Assembly (NCBI GenBank): GCA_021809805.1
Contig: JAJZKA010000003.1
Span: 1-57,606 of the forward strand
DNA: 57,606 nucleotides
Source of the DNA: Actinomycetes bacterium
GTDB taxonomy: Bacteria; Actinomycetota; Acidimicrobiia; Acidimicrobiales; Bog-793
Reading direction: 5' to 3'
Positions 45,056 to 55,510 of this stretch are shown one piece after another. Under the pieces are notes generated by a model. The model was not told the origin of the DNA, made no database searches, and saw only the letters and a list, made by a program, of their open reading frames with translations. Made by a program: the position numbers and the translations under genes. Position 1 is the first letter of the stretch. Each line of letters opens with the position of its first letter.

Positions 45056-46345
45056 TTAGGTGGCCATATGCAATACATTCGGCAGCCACAGCGAAATTTC
45101 CGGGATGAGCACCAGCAGAACGAGGCCGCCGACCAGCAATCCGAGGAACGGCCACATCTCGCGCACAATCTCGCGCAGCGGTGTCTGGGTCAGCCCGCTC
45201 AACACGAAGTTCAACACGCCGAGGGTCGGCATCCCGAGGGCGATCATGGTCACGAGGGTGAAGACCACGCCGAAGTAGACCATGTTCACGCCCGCCGCAT
45301 GAAGGATCGGGACCATGATCGGCAGGATCACGAACTCGAGCACCACAACCTCGAGGATCAGCCCGAGCACCAGCAACAAGGCCATCGCGAGCAACACGAC
45401 CAACAGGTGCTGGTGGGTGAGCGACAGCGTCCAGTTGGCGAGTTTGATCGAGAACTGCGAGGCCGTGATCCCGTAGTTGATCACGAACGCGCCGGCGATC
45501 AACGACGTCACCATGCCGGTCTGGCGCACCGCTCCGGCGAGGCAACGGCGGAAGCGCTCCCAGGACAACGAGCGGTAGACGAAGGTGGCGACGATCAAGG
45601 TGTAAGCGACCGACATCGCCGAGCTCTCGCTCGCCGTGAAGATACCGGTATAGATCCCGATGATCAGGATTGCCGGAGCGACGATGGCGGGCATTCCCGC
45701 GATGAAAGAGACCAAGATCACGAACCAGCCGCGCCATTCATCACGAGGGAAGTTCCGTCGGCGGGCGATATATCCCACCTGGATCGCGTGACCGACCGCG
45801 AGGCCGATCGCCGGCAGGATTCCCGCCATGAACAGCGCACCGATGCTCGTGTTCGAGAGGAACCCGTAAATGACAAGCGGGATGCTCGGGGGCAGCAATG
45901 GACCCATGATCGAGCTCGTCACCGTGGTCGCGCAAGCGAACCCCTTCGGATATCCGGCCGACTCCATTGCGCGGACGCTCATCACACCGATACCCGCCGT
46001 GTCGGCCACCGCGCTTCCGGTCATGCCGCTGAAGACCAGCGTGGCCCCGATGTTCACCTGTGCAAGCGCACCGCGCGACCTGCCGAGCAGCAGTTGCGCG
46101 AACCGAAAGAGGCGATCGGTCATCCCCGAGCTGTTCATCAAAAAGCTCGTGAAGATGAACAGCGGCACCGCCAAGATGACATAGCTCTGCGCCATCCCGC
46201 CGACGATCGACTGGGAGACCTCGGTGAGCGGGACGTGGGTGAGGATGAGGTAGGTGCTCCCGCCGGCAATCAGGCCGTAACCGAGCGGGGCACCGGCCAC
46301 ATAGCAGATGACGATGATCGCGCACATGACAATGAGCGCGCCCAT
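45056..46345 (-). CDS. dctM: TRAP transporter large permease subunit
   Basis: 429-aa polytopic protein with typical DctM composition and length. Its ATG at 46345 directly abuts the dctQ stop. Confidence 0.9.
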   Translation of the reverse strand: MGALIVMCAIIVICYVAGAPLGYGLIAGGSTYLILTHVPLTEVSQSIVGGMAQSYVILAVPLFIFTSFLMNSSGMTDRLFRFAQLLLGRSRGALAQVNIGATLVFSGMTGSAVADTAGIGVMSVRAMESAGYPKGFACATTVTSSIMGPLLPPSIPLVIYGFLSNTSIGALFMAGILPAIGLAVGHAIQVGYIARRRNFPRDEWRGWFVILVSFIAGMPAIVAPAILIIGIYTGIFTASESSAMSVAYTLIVATFVYRSLSWERFRRCLAGAVRQTGMVTSLIAGAFVINYGITASQFSIKLANWTLSLTHQHLLVVLLAMALLLVLGLILEVVVLEFVILPIMVPILHAAGVNMVYFGVVFTLVTMIALGMPTLGVLNFVLSGLTQTPLREIVREMWPFLGLLVGGLVLLVLIPEISLWLPNVLHMAT

Positions 46346-46978
46346 TTATGCCCCTTCCGACTCTCGTGAGGTCCGCCGGCGCTGAAGCACACGGACGATC
46401 TGGAGGACGATAAGGCGGGTCCGTAGGAGCACCGCCATCACGAAGAGCAAAAAGATCCCCGCGTAGCCCCACTCCTGGCTGATCGGCAACCCGCTGCTCG
46501 CCTGGCTGGCCGAGAAGCTCAAGAACGACAACGTGCCAGGAACAGTGGCCGCGAAAATCGCGACGAACAAGACGTTGAGCAGCAGATCGACCCACTCTTT
46601 CACCCGCGGCGGAAGCTTCTCGGCGACAAGATCGAACGCCAGGTGATGGTCGTCCCAGTCCGAGAGGCCCGCCGCGATGCAAAAGGCCCAGATGAAGAAA
46701 TAGGTCGGAAGCTCAAGCGCCCAGACGACCGGGTGACCAAAGAGCCTCAAGAGCACCTCGGCGAGCACCGAGGCGAACGTCGCAAAGAAAAAGACGGAGG
46801 CGATGCCCTCCTGGGCCCTCGCGAGGATCGCCATACGGCCGGTCACCACCGCGGCGAGCGGGTCGTCGGTCAACCCGTAGTCCGGCGGTTTGCTCAGCTC
46901 CCATGCCGTGCGGATCTTTGTTCCGAGGTCGCTCTTGGCGGCAGCGGTCGGCTCTTGGTCAGTCAACACCCTGTCCAC
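46346..46978 (-). CDS. dctQ: TRAP transporter small permease subunit
   Basis: Four predicted TM segments (IASVFFFATFASVLAEVLL..., PTYFFIWAFCIAAGL..., VLFVAIFAATV..., AGIFLLFVMAVLL). I propose the GTG start at 46978, preceded by GAGGA. The longer ORF to 47134 would include the hairpin. Confidence 0.7.
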   Translation of the reverse strand: MDRVLTDQEPTAAAKSDLGTKIRTAWELSKPPDYGLTDDPLAAVVTGRMAILARAQEGIASVFFFATFASVLAEVLLRLFGHPVVWALELPTYFFIWAFCIAAGLSDWDDHHLAFDLVAEKLPPRVKEWVDLLLNVLFVAIFAATVPGTLSFLSFSASQASSGLPISQEWGYAGIFLLFVMAVLLRTRLIVLQIVRVLQRRRTSRESEGA

Positions 46979-47088
46979 AAGTCCTCGTCGTTCCCATTCT
47001 CTCCACAACGAGCTGGTGATCCCGATCGAGCTGCGTGGCAGGCAACCAGCTCGGCCTGCCCGCGATCGGCGTACTCCACATCCATGGG

Positions 47089-47130
47089 GTGAGCCAGGGG
47101 CGCCGCGCCAGCAGGACGCCCCTGGCTCAC
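47089..47130 (-). other. Perfect 14-bp-stem hairpin (GTGAGCCAGGGGCG-N14-CGCCCCTGGCTCAC) 4 nt downstream of the dctP stop; intercistronic stem-loop
   Basis: Read directly. The arms are exact reverse complements. No T/U tract follows on the transcribed (minus) strand. Confidence 0.8.
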
Positions 47131-47134
47131 ACAC

Positions 47135-48217
47135 TCAGCACGCTGGGCGAACGGCTCCGCTCAGCTTCAACGCGTAGTTCAGCAGCCCGTGCGCTTCTTT
47201 GAGGAGCGGCTGAATGTACGTGGGATTGCACAAGAACGCCTTCAGTGCCGGCTTACGGAACGAGGCGATGTTCGGTGAGTACACCTTGAGCCCATGGTGC
47301 CTCAAGAAGGTGATGTCGCTCTGCTGCTGCGACTGCACCTGGTTGCTCTCCCATGCGTCCTGCTGGGTCACCGTCTTTTGCAGGTCCGCCTGCTCGGCCG
47401 GCGACATCTGGTTCCAGGTGACCTCGTTGATCACCGGCATAAGCGGCTCGATCACGTGATTGGTGAGCACGATCTGCTTGGTGACCTCGTAGAACTTGTC
47501 CGCGATGTCTGTCGGCAGCGGATTGTCCTGTGCCTGGATCACGCCAGTCTGCAATGAGAGGTAGATCTCGGTGAAGGCGACCGGCGTGACGTTGCCGCCG
47601 AGCGCCTGGCCCAGGAGGGCCCAATACGGCCCTGGCGGCATGCGCAGCTTGATGCCCTTCAAGTCCGCGGGCGTCGAGATGTGCTTCGTCGTCGCCAGGT
47701 CGAGCTCGCGTTGGCCAAGGTCCAAGATCCCGAGCATGTGCACGCCGAGCGTCTTGTCGATGAGGTTCACGAGGTGCTGACCCGGCTTGCTCGCAAAGGT
47801 CTGGAGCTCTTGCTTGAACGTGGTGAACAGGTAGGGGATCTCATAGATCATCCCGGCGCCCACCAGACTCTGGTACTCATCGCCAGAGGTCTCTGCCATC
47901 TGGATGGTGTTGTTCTGCAGCGCTTCGAGCTCCTGAGCAGCAGGGACAAGGCTGCTGTTCGGGAAGACCTCAACATTGACCGCGCCATGAGTCAGCACCT
48001 TCATCACCTTGGCGATGCGGTAAAGCTCCTGGGTCTGCGGCGCCATTGGCGGAGCAGAAGAGCACGGGCACGACAATTTAATCGTGACCTGTGGCATCGC
48101 GGCGCGTGCCGACTTCGCATGATCCGGCCGCGTCATCCCGTACGCGGCACCGGACTGCAGCGCAAGAAGGCTGACGAGCGCGACGCCAGCCGCCTTGAGC
48201 AGCTTGGGTTTCCTCAT
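47135..48217 (-). CDS. dctP: TRAP transporter solute-binding subunit
   Basis: Signal peptide MRKPKLLKAAGVALVSLLALQSGAAYG. The DctP-like body includes LRMPPGPYWALLGQALGGNVTPVAFTEIYLSLQTGVIQAQDNPL. Confidence 0.9.
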   Translation of the reverse strand: MRKPKLLKAAGVALVSLLALQSGAAYGMTRPDHAKSARAAMPQVTIKLSCPCSSAPPMAPQTQELYRIAKVMKVLTHGAVNVEVFPNSSLVPAAQELEALQNNTIQMAETSGDEYQSLVGAGMIYEIPYLFTTFKQELQTFASKPGQHLVNLIDKTLGVHMLGILDLGQRELDLATTKHISTPADLKGIKLRMPPGPYWALLGQALGGNVTPVAFTEIYLSLQTGVIQAQDNPLPTDIADKFYEVTKQIVLTNHVIEPLMPVINEVTWNQMSPAEQADLQKTVTQQDAWESNQVQSQQQSDITFLRHHGLKVYSPNIASFRKPALKAFLCNPTYIQPLLKEAHGLLNYALKLSGAVRPAC

Positions 48218-48577
48218 TGCCTGCTATCCCCCTTTTCTCTTGCCTGTTGCGGTTACCTGCTGCTCAGCGCCGACAGACCTGTCGGAACAACAGAGCGCTC
48301 AGATCGCGCGATAAATGACCCGCGATGCGCAGGGCTCGGTGGACTGCAGGAGCTACGGCCATCCCCGTGCAACGGCATGCAAGATGCCGATGAGCCTTGA
48401 GCCACCCAACTCGGACGGCCCTTCGACCCGCGGTGCACTTCCCGCCGCCGGAAAATCAAACCCCTCTTCCCCCATCCCCCTGAGATATCGTTACCGCTAC
48501 TTGGCTAGCACCAGCGATCAGCTGCCGCTAGATTCCCAGGTAGAAGATCTGTAATCGATCTCCCAAAACGAAGGATA

Positions 48578-49816
48578 GTGGTGAGAGCGCGAGGCGTCAA
48601 CCAAACCGGCGGCACGACCACGATCATCGATGTGGCGCACGCCGCCGGCGTCTCAACCGCAACCGTCTCGCGGGTGTTGAACGGCGATTCCCGGGTCAAC
48701 CCAACCCTTGCCGCCAAGGTGCAGCGCGCCGTGAACAAGCTCGGCTACCGGCCGAGCCGCGCCGCACGGACCCTGCGTACCCAACAGGCCCGGGTATGGG
48801 CACTGATCATCCCCGACGTCTCCAACCCGCACTTCACCGACATGGTGCGTGGCATCGAGGACGTGGCGTATTCGGCGGGCTACTCGCTGATCTTGTGCAA
48901 TACCGACGCCGATGCGGAGAAGGAGCGTACCTACCTCGAGCTCGCCCTGGCCGAGCATGTCGTCGGGGTCATCTTGGCACCGACGTCTCCTGACCCATCG
49001 CTGATCGAAGAGATGCTCTCCCGCAAGGTGAGCATCGTGACCGTGGACCGACGAATTGCCTCGGGGATGCTCGACGGCGCGTTCGTGAACAACGTCGCTG
49101 GCGCAGAGCAGGCCGTCGACCACCTGCTCGCGCGCGGCTATCGCCACCTCGCCTGCATCACCGGTCCGACCGACACGACGACCGGGCGCGATCGGCTCGA
49201 CGGATTCATGGCGGCGCTCCGCCGCAACGGCGTCGAGCTCGACGACCCGGCCTTCGTCCGCATCGGCGATTTTCGTGAGTCCGGGGGCAAGCGCGAAATG
49301 GAGGGTCTGCTCGCGCTGCCCGTGCGCCCCGATGCGGTGCTGGTCGCCAACAACTTGATGACGCTCGGCGCCCTCAAGGCCGTCGTCGCCGCAGGGCTTG
49401 AGGTTCCCTCGGACATGGCCATCGTCGGTTTTGACGACTCCGCTTGGAACGCCATCGTGCACCCACCGCTCACCTGCGTCGCCCAGCCCGCCTACGACCT
49501 CGGCGCCGAGAGTGCCCGGCTCTTGCTCAGCAGGATCGAGGGTCACAGCGGTCCGAACCGCGAGGTGATGCTCGTCCCGACCCTGCGGATCCGCGAGAGC
49601 ACCGCCGGGCGGTCCTCGCGGGCGCCAACACGCAGCGGCCCGGCCATGCGAGGGATCCGCCCGTCGGTGGACGACACGGGCAGCGGCGTCGGGCGGGGCG
49701 ATGACCCAGCGCGGGCGCGCCAAGTAGACACGGTCAGTCCATCACGGCGAAGTGGCGCCAATGAGCGCCGGGACCGGGCCACCGGGCGGACCAAGGGAGC
49801 CGGGGGGACGCGCTAA
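48578..49816 (+). CDS. LacI family transcriptional regulator with a ~65-aa Arg-rich C-terminal tail
   Basis: HTH TIIDVAHAAGVSTATVSRVLNG plus a sugar-binding domain through ...LVPTLRIRES. The ORF continues to 49816 with low-complexity sequence. Confidence 0.85.
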   Translation: MVRARGVNQTGGTTTIIDVAHAAGVSTATVSRVLNGDSRVNPTLAAKVQRAVNKLGYRPSRAARTLRTQQARVWALIIPDVSNPHFTDMVRGIEDVAYSAGYSLILCNTDADAEKERTYLELALAEHVVGVILAPTSPDPSLIEEMLSRKVSIVTVDRRIASGMLDGAFVNNVAGAEQAVDHLLARGYRHLACITGPTDTTTGRDRLDGFMAALRRNGVELDDPAFVRIGDFRESGGKREMEGLLALPVRPDAVLVANNLMTLGALKAVVAAGLEVPSDMAIVGFDDSAWNAIVHPPLTCVAQPAYDLGAESARLLLSRIEGHSGPNREVMLVPTLRIRESTAGRSSRAPTRSGPAMRGIRPSVDDTGSGVGRGDDPARARQVDTVSPSRRSGANERRDRATGRTKGAGGTR

Positions 49817-49904
49817 GCAAGTGGGCGCGCGAGCATCGAACAAGCAGCCCGCATCATCGCAAGCCCGCGCGACGCGCGCTGCCGCCGAAAAGGAGAGGAA
49901 TCGG

Positions 49905-52601
49905 ATGGACCTAGGCCAGCTGACGTGGCGCCCCGAGCGGCTCATCTGCGAGCGCTTTGTCGATGCCGCGCTGATCGGCACCCGCGAGCCGCGCCTTTCC
50001 TGGCGCGTGCCCGCCCAGGCGGGCGACGAGGCCGTCGTGGCCAGCGAGCTGCGCATCGCCCCCTCCCCCGAGGAGCTCGACGCGCCGGCGTGCTGGAGAA
50101 GTGGCTGGCGGGAGGGCGTCGTCGGTCGGTGGCGCTACGACGGCCCGGCGCTTTCCTCCCGCGACGTCCGCTGGTGGAGTGTCCGCGTGCGCAGCACGAG
50201 CGGCGCAGCCAGCCAATGGTCCGAGCCGGCCCGCTTGGAGGTCGGACTGCTCGAGCGCTCGGACTGGGTCGCCGCCTGGATCACGCGACCACGAGCCGCG
50301 GGAAACAGCCGCGCGGCGTTCCTGCTCAGGCGCCGCTTTGAGGTCGCCGTGCCGGTCACCTCAGCGCGGATGTACCTGAGCGCCCTCGGTGTGACGCGCG
50401 CCCACTTGAACGGGGCGGTGATCGGCGACGGCCTGCTCCGGCCGGGCTGGACCGATTACCGCCGCCGCGTGCAATACGACCGGATCGAACTCGCCGATTT
50501 CGTGCGTATTGGGGAGAACGTGCTTGTCGTCGAGCTCGCACCGGGCTGGTATGCGGGCAGGATCGCCGACCACGCCGCCGCTGACTCGGCGGTCCCCGCA
50601 GCGCTCCCCGAGCTGCTCGCCCAGATCGAGCTCGAGACACCCTCGGGAGAACGCCTCACGATCCCGAGCGATGAGAGCTGGGAGTGGGCGACATCGCCGA
50701 TCACCTCGAGCGACCTTTACGACGGCGAGGACTGGGATCTCCGCTTGGCCGACCGCGGCTTCGCTGAGGTCGGCTCGCCGCTTTGCTGGGAGCCCGTCGA
50801 GCGCTCGACGGGGACCGCGGGAGAGCTGGTCGCGCCGAGGGCTGCGCCACTTCGGGTGATCGACCGCAGCTTGGTCAACGTGCAGGCGCGCGCGGACGGG
50901 ACCGTGCTGATCGATTCAGGCCGAAACGACACCGGCTACCTGGAGCTGGTTGTCGCAGAATCAGCTGGCCGCACCATCGAGGTGCGCTACGCCGAGGTGC
51001 TCGATCCCGTCGGCAATCTGCACCGGGCGAACCTGCGCGGGGCACGCTGTGCCGACACCTTCATCTGCAAGGGAGGCGGCGAGGAGCTACTCAGTCCGGC
51101 CTTCAGCTACCGCGGCTATCGCTACGCCGAGGTCCGAGGGCTCGGTGCCGCCGAGCACCTTCGCGCCGCGCACGCCGTGAGCATCGCCAGCGCGCTGCAG
51201 CGCACCGGCTGGTTCCGCTCGGGGGCGCCGATGCTCGAACGCATCTATGAGCTGATGGTGTGCTCGCTGCAGGCGAACTACGTGGAGGTCCCGACCGACT
51301 GCCCCCAGCGCGACGAGCGAATGGGATGGCTGGCCGACGCCCTGTTGTTCGCGCCGGTGGCCGCGTACACCTTTGACGTCTCTGGCTTCATGGCCAAATG
51401 GTTCGACGACATCCTCGACGCTCGCACACCACAGGGCGCGTTTCCCGACATCGCGCCGCGGCCGTCTGCTCGCTGGCCCGAGCGTTCTTTCGATCCCGGG
51501 GCGCCCGCATGGAGCGATGCTGGCATCTTGCTGCCCTGGCTGATGTACGAGCGCTATGGCGATGAAGAGGTGCTCGAGCGCATGTTCCCTGCGATGGTGG
51601 AGCATCTCGAGCTCATCCACCGCGCCAACCCGGACGGGATCTGGCGACACGGTCGCGGCAGGGACTACGGCGACTGGGTGCCGGCTGGCCCCGACACCTC
51701 TCATGACCTGTTCGCGACGTGCTGGCTCTATAGGTCCACGGCAGTCGCTGCAACGATCGCCGGACATCTCGGCAAGCACGCCGTCCAGCACCGGCTCGAA
51801 GCACAATCTCGCGACGTGCACGCGGCGTTCCTCGCCAACTACGTCGATGCGGCCACGGGCACGGTGCGCGACCTCGAGCCCAAAGGATCCGCTGCAGCGG
51901 CCACGTTCGCCCCGATCGTGGAGCGCGAGACCCAGACCGGCTATGTCATGGCGCTCGCGCTCGGCCTGCTCGAGGGCGAGCTTGCCGAGCTCGCCGGCGA
52001 GCGCCTCGCCGCGCTCGTGCGCGACGCCGGCGGTCGCCTCCGGACCGGATTTTGCGGGAGCGCCTTCTTGCCCGCGGCGCTGGAGCGATCCGGTCATGCC
52101 GGCCTCGCCTACGGCTTGATGCTCCAAGACGAGCCGCCGTCGCTTGGTTTCATGGCCAAGATGGGTGCGACCTCGGTCTGGGAGCGCTGGGACGGCCTCG
52201 ACCGTGATGGCTGGCCAGCGTGCCCGACGATGAACTCCTTCAACCACTACGCGATGAGCTCGATGCTCTCCTGGCTCATCGAAGGCGTCTGCGGCCTTCG
52301 ACCCGTACCGGGTGCCCCTGCGCTATCGGCGATCTCTTTCGCGCCCGCCATCAGCCGCCGCGTGCCGTCGGCAGGCTTCCGTTTCGAGGCGCCGCAGGGA
52401 ACCGTCGAGCTCGGCTGGCAGTGGCGAGGCAGCGACCGCGTGCACGGCTCGCTCCGCCTCCCTCCGGGAATGCGGGCGCGCATCGCGAGTGTGGTCGCGG
52501 TCGACGACGACGCGGCGGGGGCCGCCACCACCGACGCCTCAACCGTGACCCGAGACGTCGGGCCAGGCGAGCACGAGGTCACCTGGCTGCTCAAGGCCTG
52601 A
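49905..52601 (+). CDS. Alpha-L-rhamnosidase (GH78), no signal peptide
   Basis: ATG at 49905 preceded by AAAGGAGAGGA. GH78 layout with an N-terminal domain (EPRLSWRVP), VPTDCPQRDERMGWLADA, and a catalytic (alpha/alpha)6 region. Confidence 0.9.
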   Translation: MDLGQLTWRPERLICERFVDAALIGTREPRLSWRVPAQAGDEAVVASELRIAPSPEELDAPACWRSGWREGVVGRWRYDGPALSSRDVRWWSVRVRSTSGAASQWSEPARLEVGLLERSDWVAAWITRPRAAGNSRAAFLLRRRFEVAVPVTSARMYLSALGVTRAHLNGAVIGDGLLRPGWTDYRRRVQYDRIELADFVRIGENVLVVELAPGWYAGRIADHAAADSAVPAALPELLAQIELETPSGERLTIPSDESWEWATSPITSSDLYDGEDWDLRLADRGFAEVGSPLCWEPVERSTGTAGELVAPRAAPLRVIDRSLVNVQARADGTVLIDSGRNDTGYLELVVAESAGRTIEVRYAEVLDPVGNLHRANLRGARCADTFICKGGGEELLSPAFSYRGYRYAEVRGLGAAEHLRAAHAVSIASALQRTGWFRSGAPMLERIYELMVCSLQANYVEVPTDCPQRDERMGWLADALLFAPVAAYTFDVSGFMAKWFDDILDARTPQGAFPDIAPRPSARWPERSFDPGAPAWSDAGILLPWLMYERYGDEEVLERMFPAMVEHLELIHRANPDGIWRHGRGRDYGDWVPAGPDTSHDLFATCWLYRSTAVAATIAGHLGKHAVQHRLEAQSRDVHAAFLANYVDAATGTVRDLEPKGSAAAATFAPIVERETQTGYVMALALGLLEGELAELAGERLAALVRDAGGRLRTGFCGSAFLPAALERSGHAGLAYGLMLQDEPPSLGFMAKMGATSVWERWDGLDRDGWPACPTMNSFNHYAMSSMLSWLIEGVCGLRPVPGAPALSAISFAPAISRRVPSAGFRFEAPQGTVELGWQWRGSDRVHGSLRLPPGMRARIASVVAVDDDAAGAATTDASTVTRDVGPGEHEVTWLLKA

Positions 52602-52902
52602 ACGCGCTCGAAGCGCGCGCCCAAGCCGAGCCGCGGACCGCTCGAAGACCCCACCACAGGCCGCGTGCCCTCTCGCGTAGTAATGCGTGATCAACACCGA
52701 ACGAGTCGGCTGCGACAGATCGCTCTGGCCAGCTTGCACGGCCCATCGGACTGCAAGGAGTGCTCACACAGCGAGCGGATTTGCTTGGCGCCGATAAACC
52801 TGCCTTGACCATGACCGGCGCATTGTCCGCTGCCCTGCGGCGCCGGCGGGTGCGAGCCGCTCCCGACGGGCGTGGGCTGGCCGATTCGAGGAGACTGGGC
52901 AA

Positions 52903-55491
52903 ATGGTCGATGAGGAGCGCAACAGGTTGGCCGAGCCGGGTCCTGCGTGGCGGCAGTGGGGTCCCTATCTCGCCGAGCGCGCGTGGGGCACCGTGCGCGA
53001 GGACTACAGCCCGAACGGCGACGCGTGGGGCTACTTCCCTCACGACCATGCCCGCTCGCGTGCCTACCGCTGGAGCGAGGACGGCCTGGCGGGCATCTGT
53101 GACCTTGATCAGACGCTCTGCTTCGCCTTCGCATTCTGGAACGGCGAGGACCCCATCGTGAAAGAGCGCATCTTCGGGCTGAGCGGGCCGGAGGGCAATC
53201 ACGGTGAGGACGCGAAGGAGTACTGGTGGTACCTCGACTCGACGCCGACACACTCATATTTGTCCTGGCGCTACTGCTATCCCCAGCGCGCCTTTCCCTA
53301 CGCGGAGCTCGTCGAGGAGAACCGGCGCCGGAGCCGGCTCGATCCCGAGTACGAGCTGCTTGACACCGGCGTCCTCGAGGAGGATCGCTACTTTCTCATC
53401 AGCGTCGAGTACGCCAAGGCTTCTCCTGAGGATCTCGCCATCCGCGTGCACGTCGAGAACCATGGACCAGAACTGGCTCGCTTGCACGTGCTGCCGACGC
53501 TGTGGTTCCGCAACACCTGGTCCTGGGACGTTGGCGGCGCCCGGCCACAGATCACGGCCGAACCCGGACGACTCCTCGCATCTCATGAGCAACTTGGCGC
53601 GATGGCGCTGGAATACGAGGGGCAGCTCGAGACGTGGTTCTGCGAGAACGAGTCAAACGTTCCACGCCTTTGGGGTGCTGACGCCACGACGCCCTATCCA
53701 AAAGACGGGATCGGTGATCATCTCCTTTTTGGATCGGACACGGTCAACCCGGCCATGGTCGGGACGAAGGCGTCTTTGCACCAGGTGATGTCGGTTGGCG
53801 CCGGCGCGTCAACACAGATGCGGCTGCGGCTCCATCGCGACGGGGTGGGGGGCAGAGGACTTGACCCCAAGAAATGGACGAGCTGCCTCGCGACAGCCCG
53901 ACAAGAAGCCGATGAGTTCTACAGAGCGCTCACGCCTGCGGACGCAACGGCCGACGAGTCCGCCGTGATGCGGCAGGCGTTCGCCGGAATGCTTTGGTCG
54001 AAGCAGTTCTACCGCTACGACGTCGCGCGTTGGCTCGACGGCGACCCAGCGATGCCGCCGCCGCCGCCCGAGCGCAAGGAGGGCCGCAACGCCGCGTGGT
54101 GGCATCTCGACAACCACGACGTCATCTCGATGCCAGACGTCTGGGAGTACCCGTGGTACGCGTCCTGGGATCTTGCCTTCCACTGCATCACACTCGCCCA
54201 CGTCGCCCCCGAGTTCGCGAAGGCCCAGCTACTGACATTGTGCCGCGAGTGGTATATGCATCCCAATGGTCAGCTCCCTGCCTATGAGTGGTCCTTTGGT
54301 GACGTCAACCCGCCGGTACATGCCTTTGCGGCGCTGCGCGTCTTTGAGATCGACGGGGCGCGCGACTATGAGTTCTTAGAGCGCATTCTCGCCAAGCTGT
54401 CGATCAACTTCACCTGGTGGGTGAACCGCAAGGACGCCGCCGGGGACAACGTCTTTGAAGGCGGCTTTCTCGGCCTCGACAACATCGGGCCGATCGACCG
54501 CTCGGCGGCCCTGCCGGACGGCGAGCTGCTCGAGCAGGCCGATGGCACCTCATGGATGGCCAAGTATTGCCTCGATCTGTTCCAGCTGTCGCTGACGCTC
54601 GCACACCACGACCCCACCTACCAGGACCTCGCCATCAAGTATTTCGAGCATTTCGCCTATATCGCGGATGCCATCTACCGCCAGGACCTGTGGGACGAAG
54701 ACGACGGCTTTTTCTATGACGTTTTGCGCCGTGGCGACGAGGAAGTAGCGCTCAAGGTGCGCTCGATCGTCGGACTGATGCCCTTGTGCGCGACCGCAAT
54801 CTTGCCGGCGGCCAGTCTCAGCGCGCTCCCCTACTTCGCCGAGCACTTCGAGTGGTTCATTCGTCACAAGGCGCGCTTCGCGACCCACGTCCGCCGTTGC
54901 GCAAACGGCGACGACTACCTGCTCTCGATCGTCGACCCTCCTCGGCTGACCCGCCTGCTCTCGGTGATGCTCGACGAGTCCGAGCTCCTCTCGCCCCACG
55001 GCCTTCGTGCCCTGTCGGCCGCCCACCGCGACCGGCCCTTCCGCCTCAACCTCGGCGACACCACGGCGTCGGTCGACTACGAACCGGGCGAGTCCACAAC
55101 GGCGCTGTTCGGGGGCAACTCAAACTGGCGGGGACCGGTCTGGTTTCCGGTGAACTATCTCTTGATCGACGCGCTGCGCTGCTTTGCTCAAGCGCTCGGG
55201 AATACCTTCCGCGTGCCGATGACCGCGCCGAGCGGCGGTGCCCAGGATCTCGCCAGCATCGCTGATGACCTCTCCCAAAGGCTGGTGAGCCTGTTCTGCG
55301 AGGATCGTGCCGGACGCCGGCCGGTGTTCGGTGACCTCGAGTACTTCCAGCATCCGGGCGCGCTGCACGACCTGATCCCTTTCCATGAGTACTTCCATGG
55401 CGATACCGGCAAGGGACTCGGCGCGTCGCACCAGACTGGATGGACCGGCCTCGTGGCCGACTTGATCACCGCCCGGCGGCGGACCACGTGA
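52903..55491 (+). CDS. GH63-like (MGH1 / YgjK-type) glucosidase, cytoplasmic
   Basis: [35 protein letters not shown] and [10 protein letters not shown], typical of the bacterial GH63-like (alpha/alpha)6 family. GAGGAG SD upstream. Confidence 0.75.
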   Translation: MVDEERNRLAEPGPAWRQWGPYLAERAWGTVREDYSPNGDAWGYFPHDHARSRAYRWSEDGLAGICDLDQTLCFAFAFWNGEDPIVKERIFGLSGPEGNHGEDAKEYWWYLDSTPTHSYLSWRYCYPQRAFPYAELVEENRRRSRLDPEYELLDTGVLEEDRYFLISVEYAKASPEDLAIRVHVENHGPELARLHVLPTLWFRNTWSWDVGGARPQITAEPGRLLASHEQLGAMALEYEGQLETWFCENESNVPRLWGADATTPYPKDGIGDHLLFGSDTVNPAMVGTKASLHQVMSVGAGASTQMRLRLHRDGVGGRGLDPKKWTSCLATARQEADEFYRALTPADATADESAVMRQAFAGMLWSKQFYRYDVARWLDGDPAMPPPPPERKEGRNAAWWHLDNHDVISMPDVWEYPWYASWDLAFHCITLAHVAPEFAKAQLLTLCREWYMHPNGQLPAYEWSFGDVNPPVHAFAALRVFEIDGARDYEFLERILAKLSINFTWWVNRKDAAGDNVFEGGFLGLDNIGPIDRSAALPDGELLEQADGTSWMAKYCLDLFQLSLTLAHHDPTYQDLAIKYFEHFAYIADAIYRQDLWDEDDGFFYDVLRRGDEEVALKVRSIVGLMPLCATAILPAASLSALPYFAEHFEWFIRHKARFATHVRRCANGDDYLLSIVDPPRLTRLLSVMLDESELLSPHGLRALSAAHRDRPFRLNLGDTTASVDYEPGESTTALFGGNSNWRGPVWFPVNYLLIDALRCFAQALGNTFRVPMTAPSGGAQDLASIADDLSQRLVSLFCEDRAGRRPVFGDLEYFQHPGALHDLIPFHEYFHGDTGKGLGASHQTGWTGLVADLITARRRTT

Positions 55492-55510
55492 CCGCGCTGA
55501 CCGGCAACGC

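Noticed and set aside
52591-53253. 220-aa and 188-aa minus-strand ORFs covering the GH78-GH63 intergenic region
   Set aside because: They are Arg-rich and overlap the well-supported GH63-like start (GAGGAG SD plus a conserved N-terminus). I see no motif.
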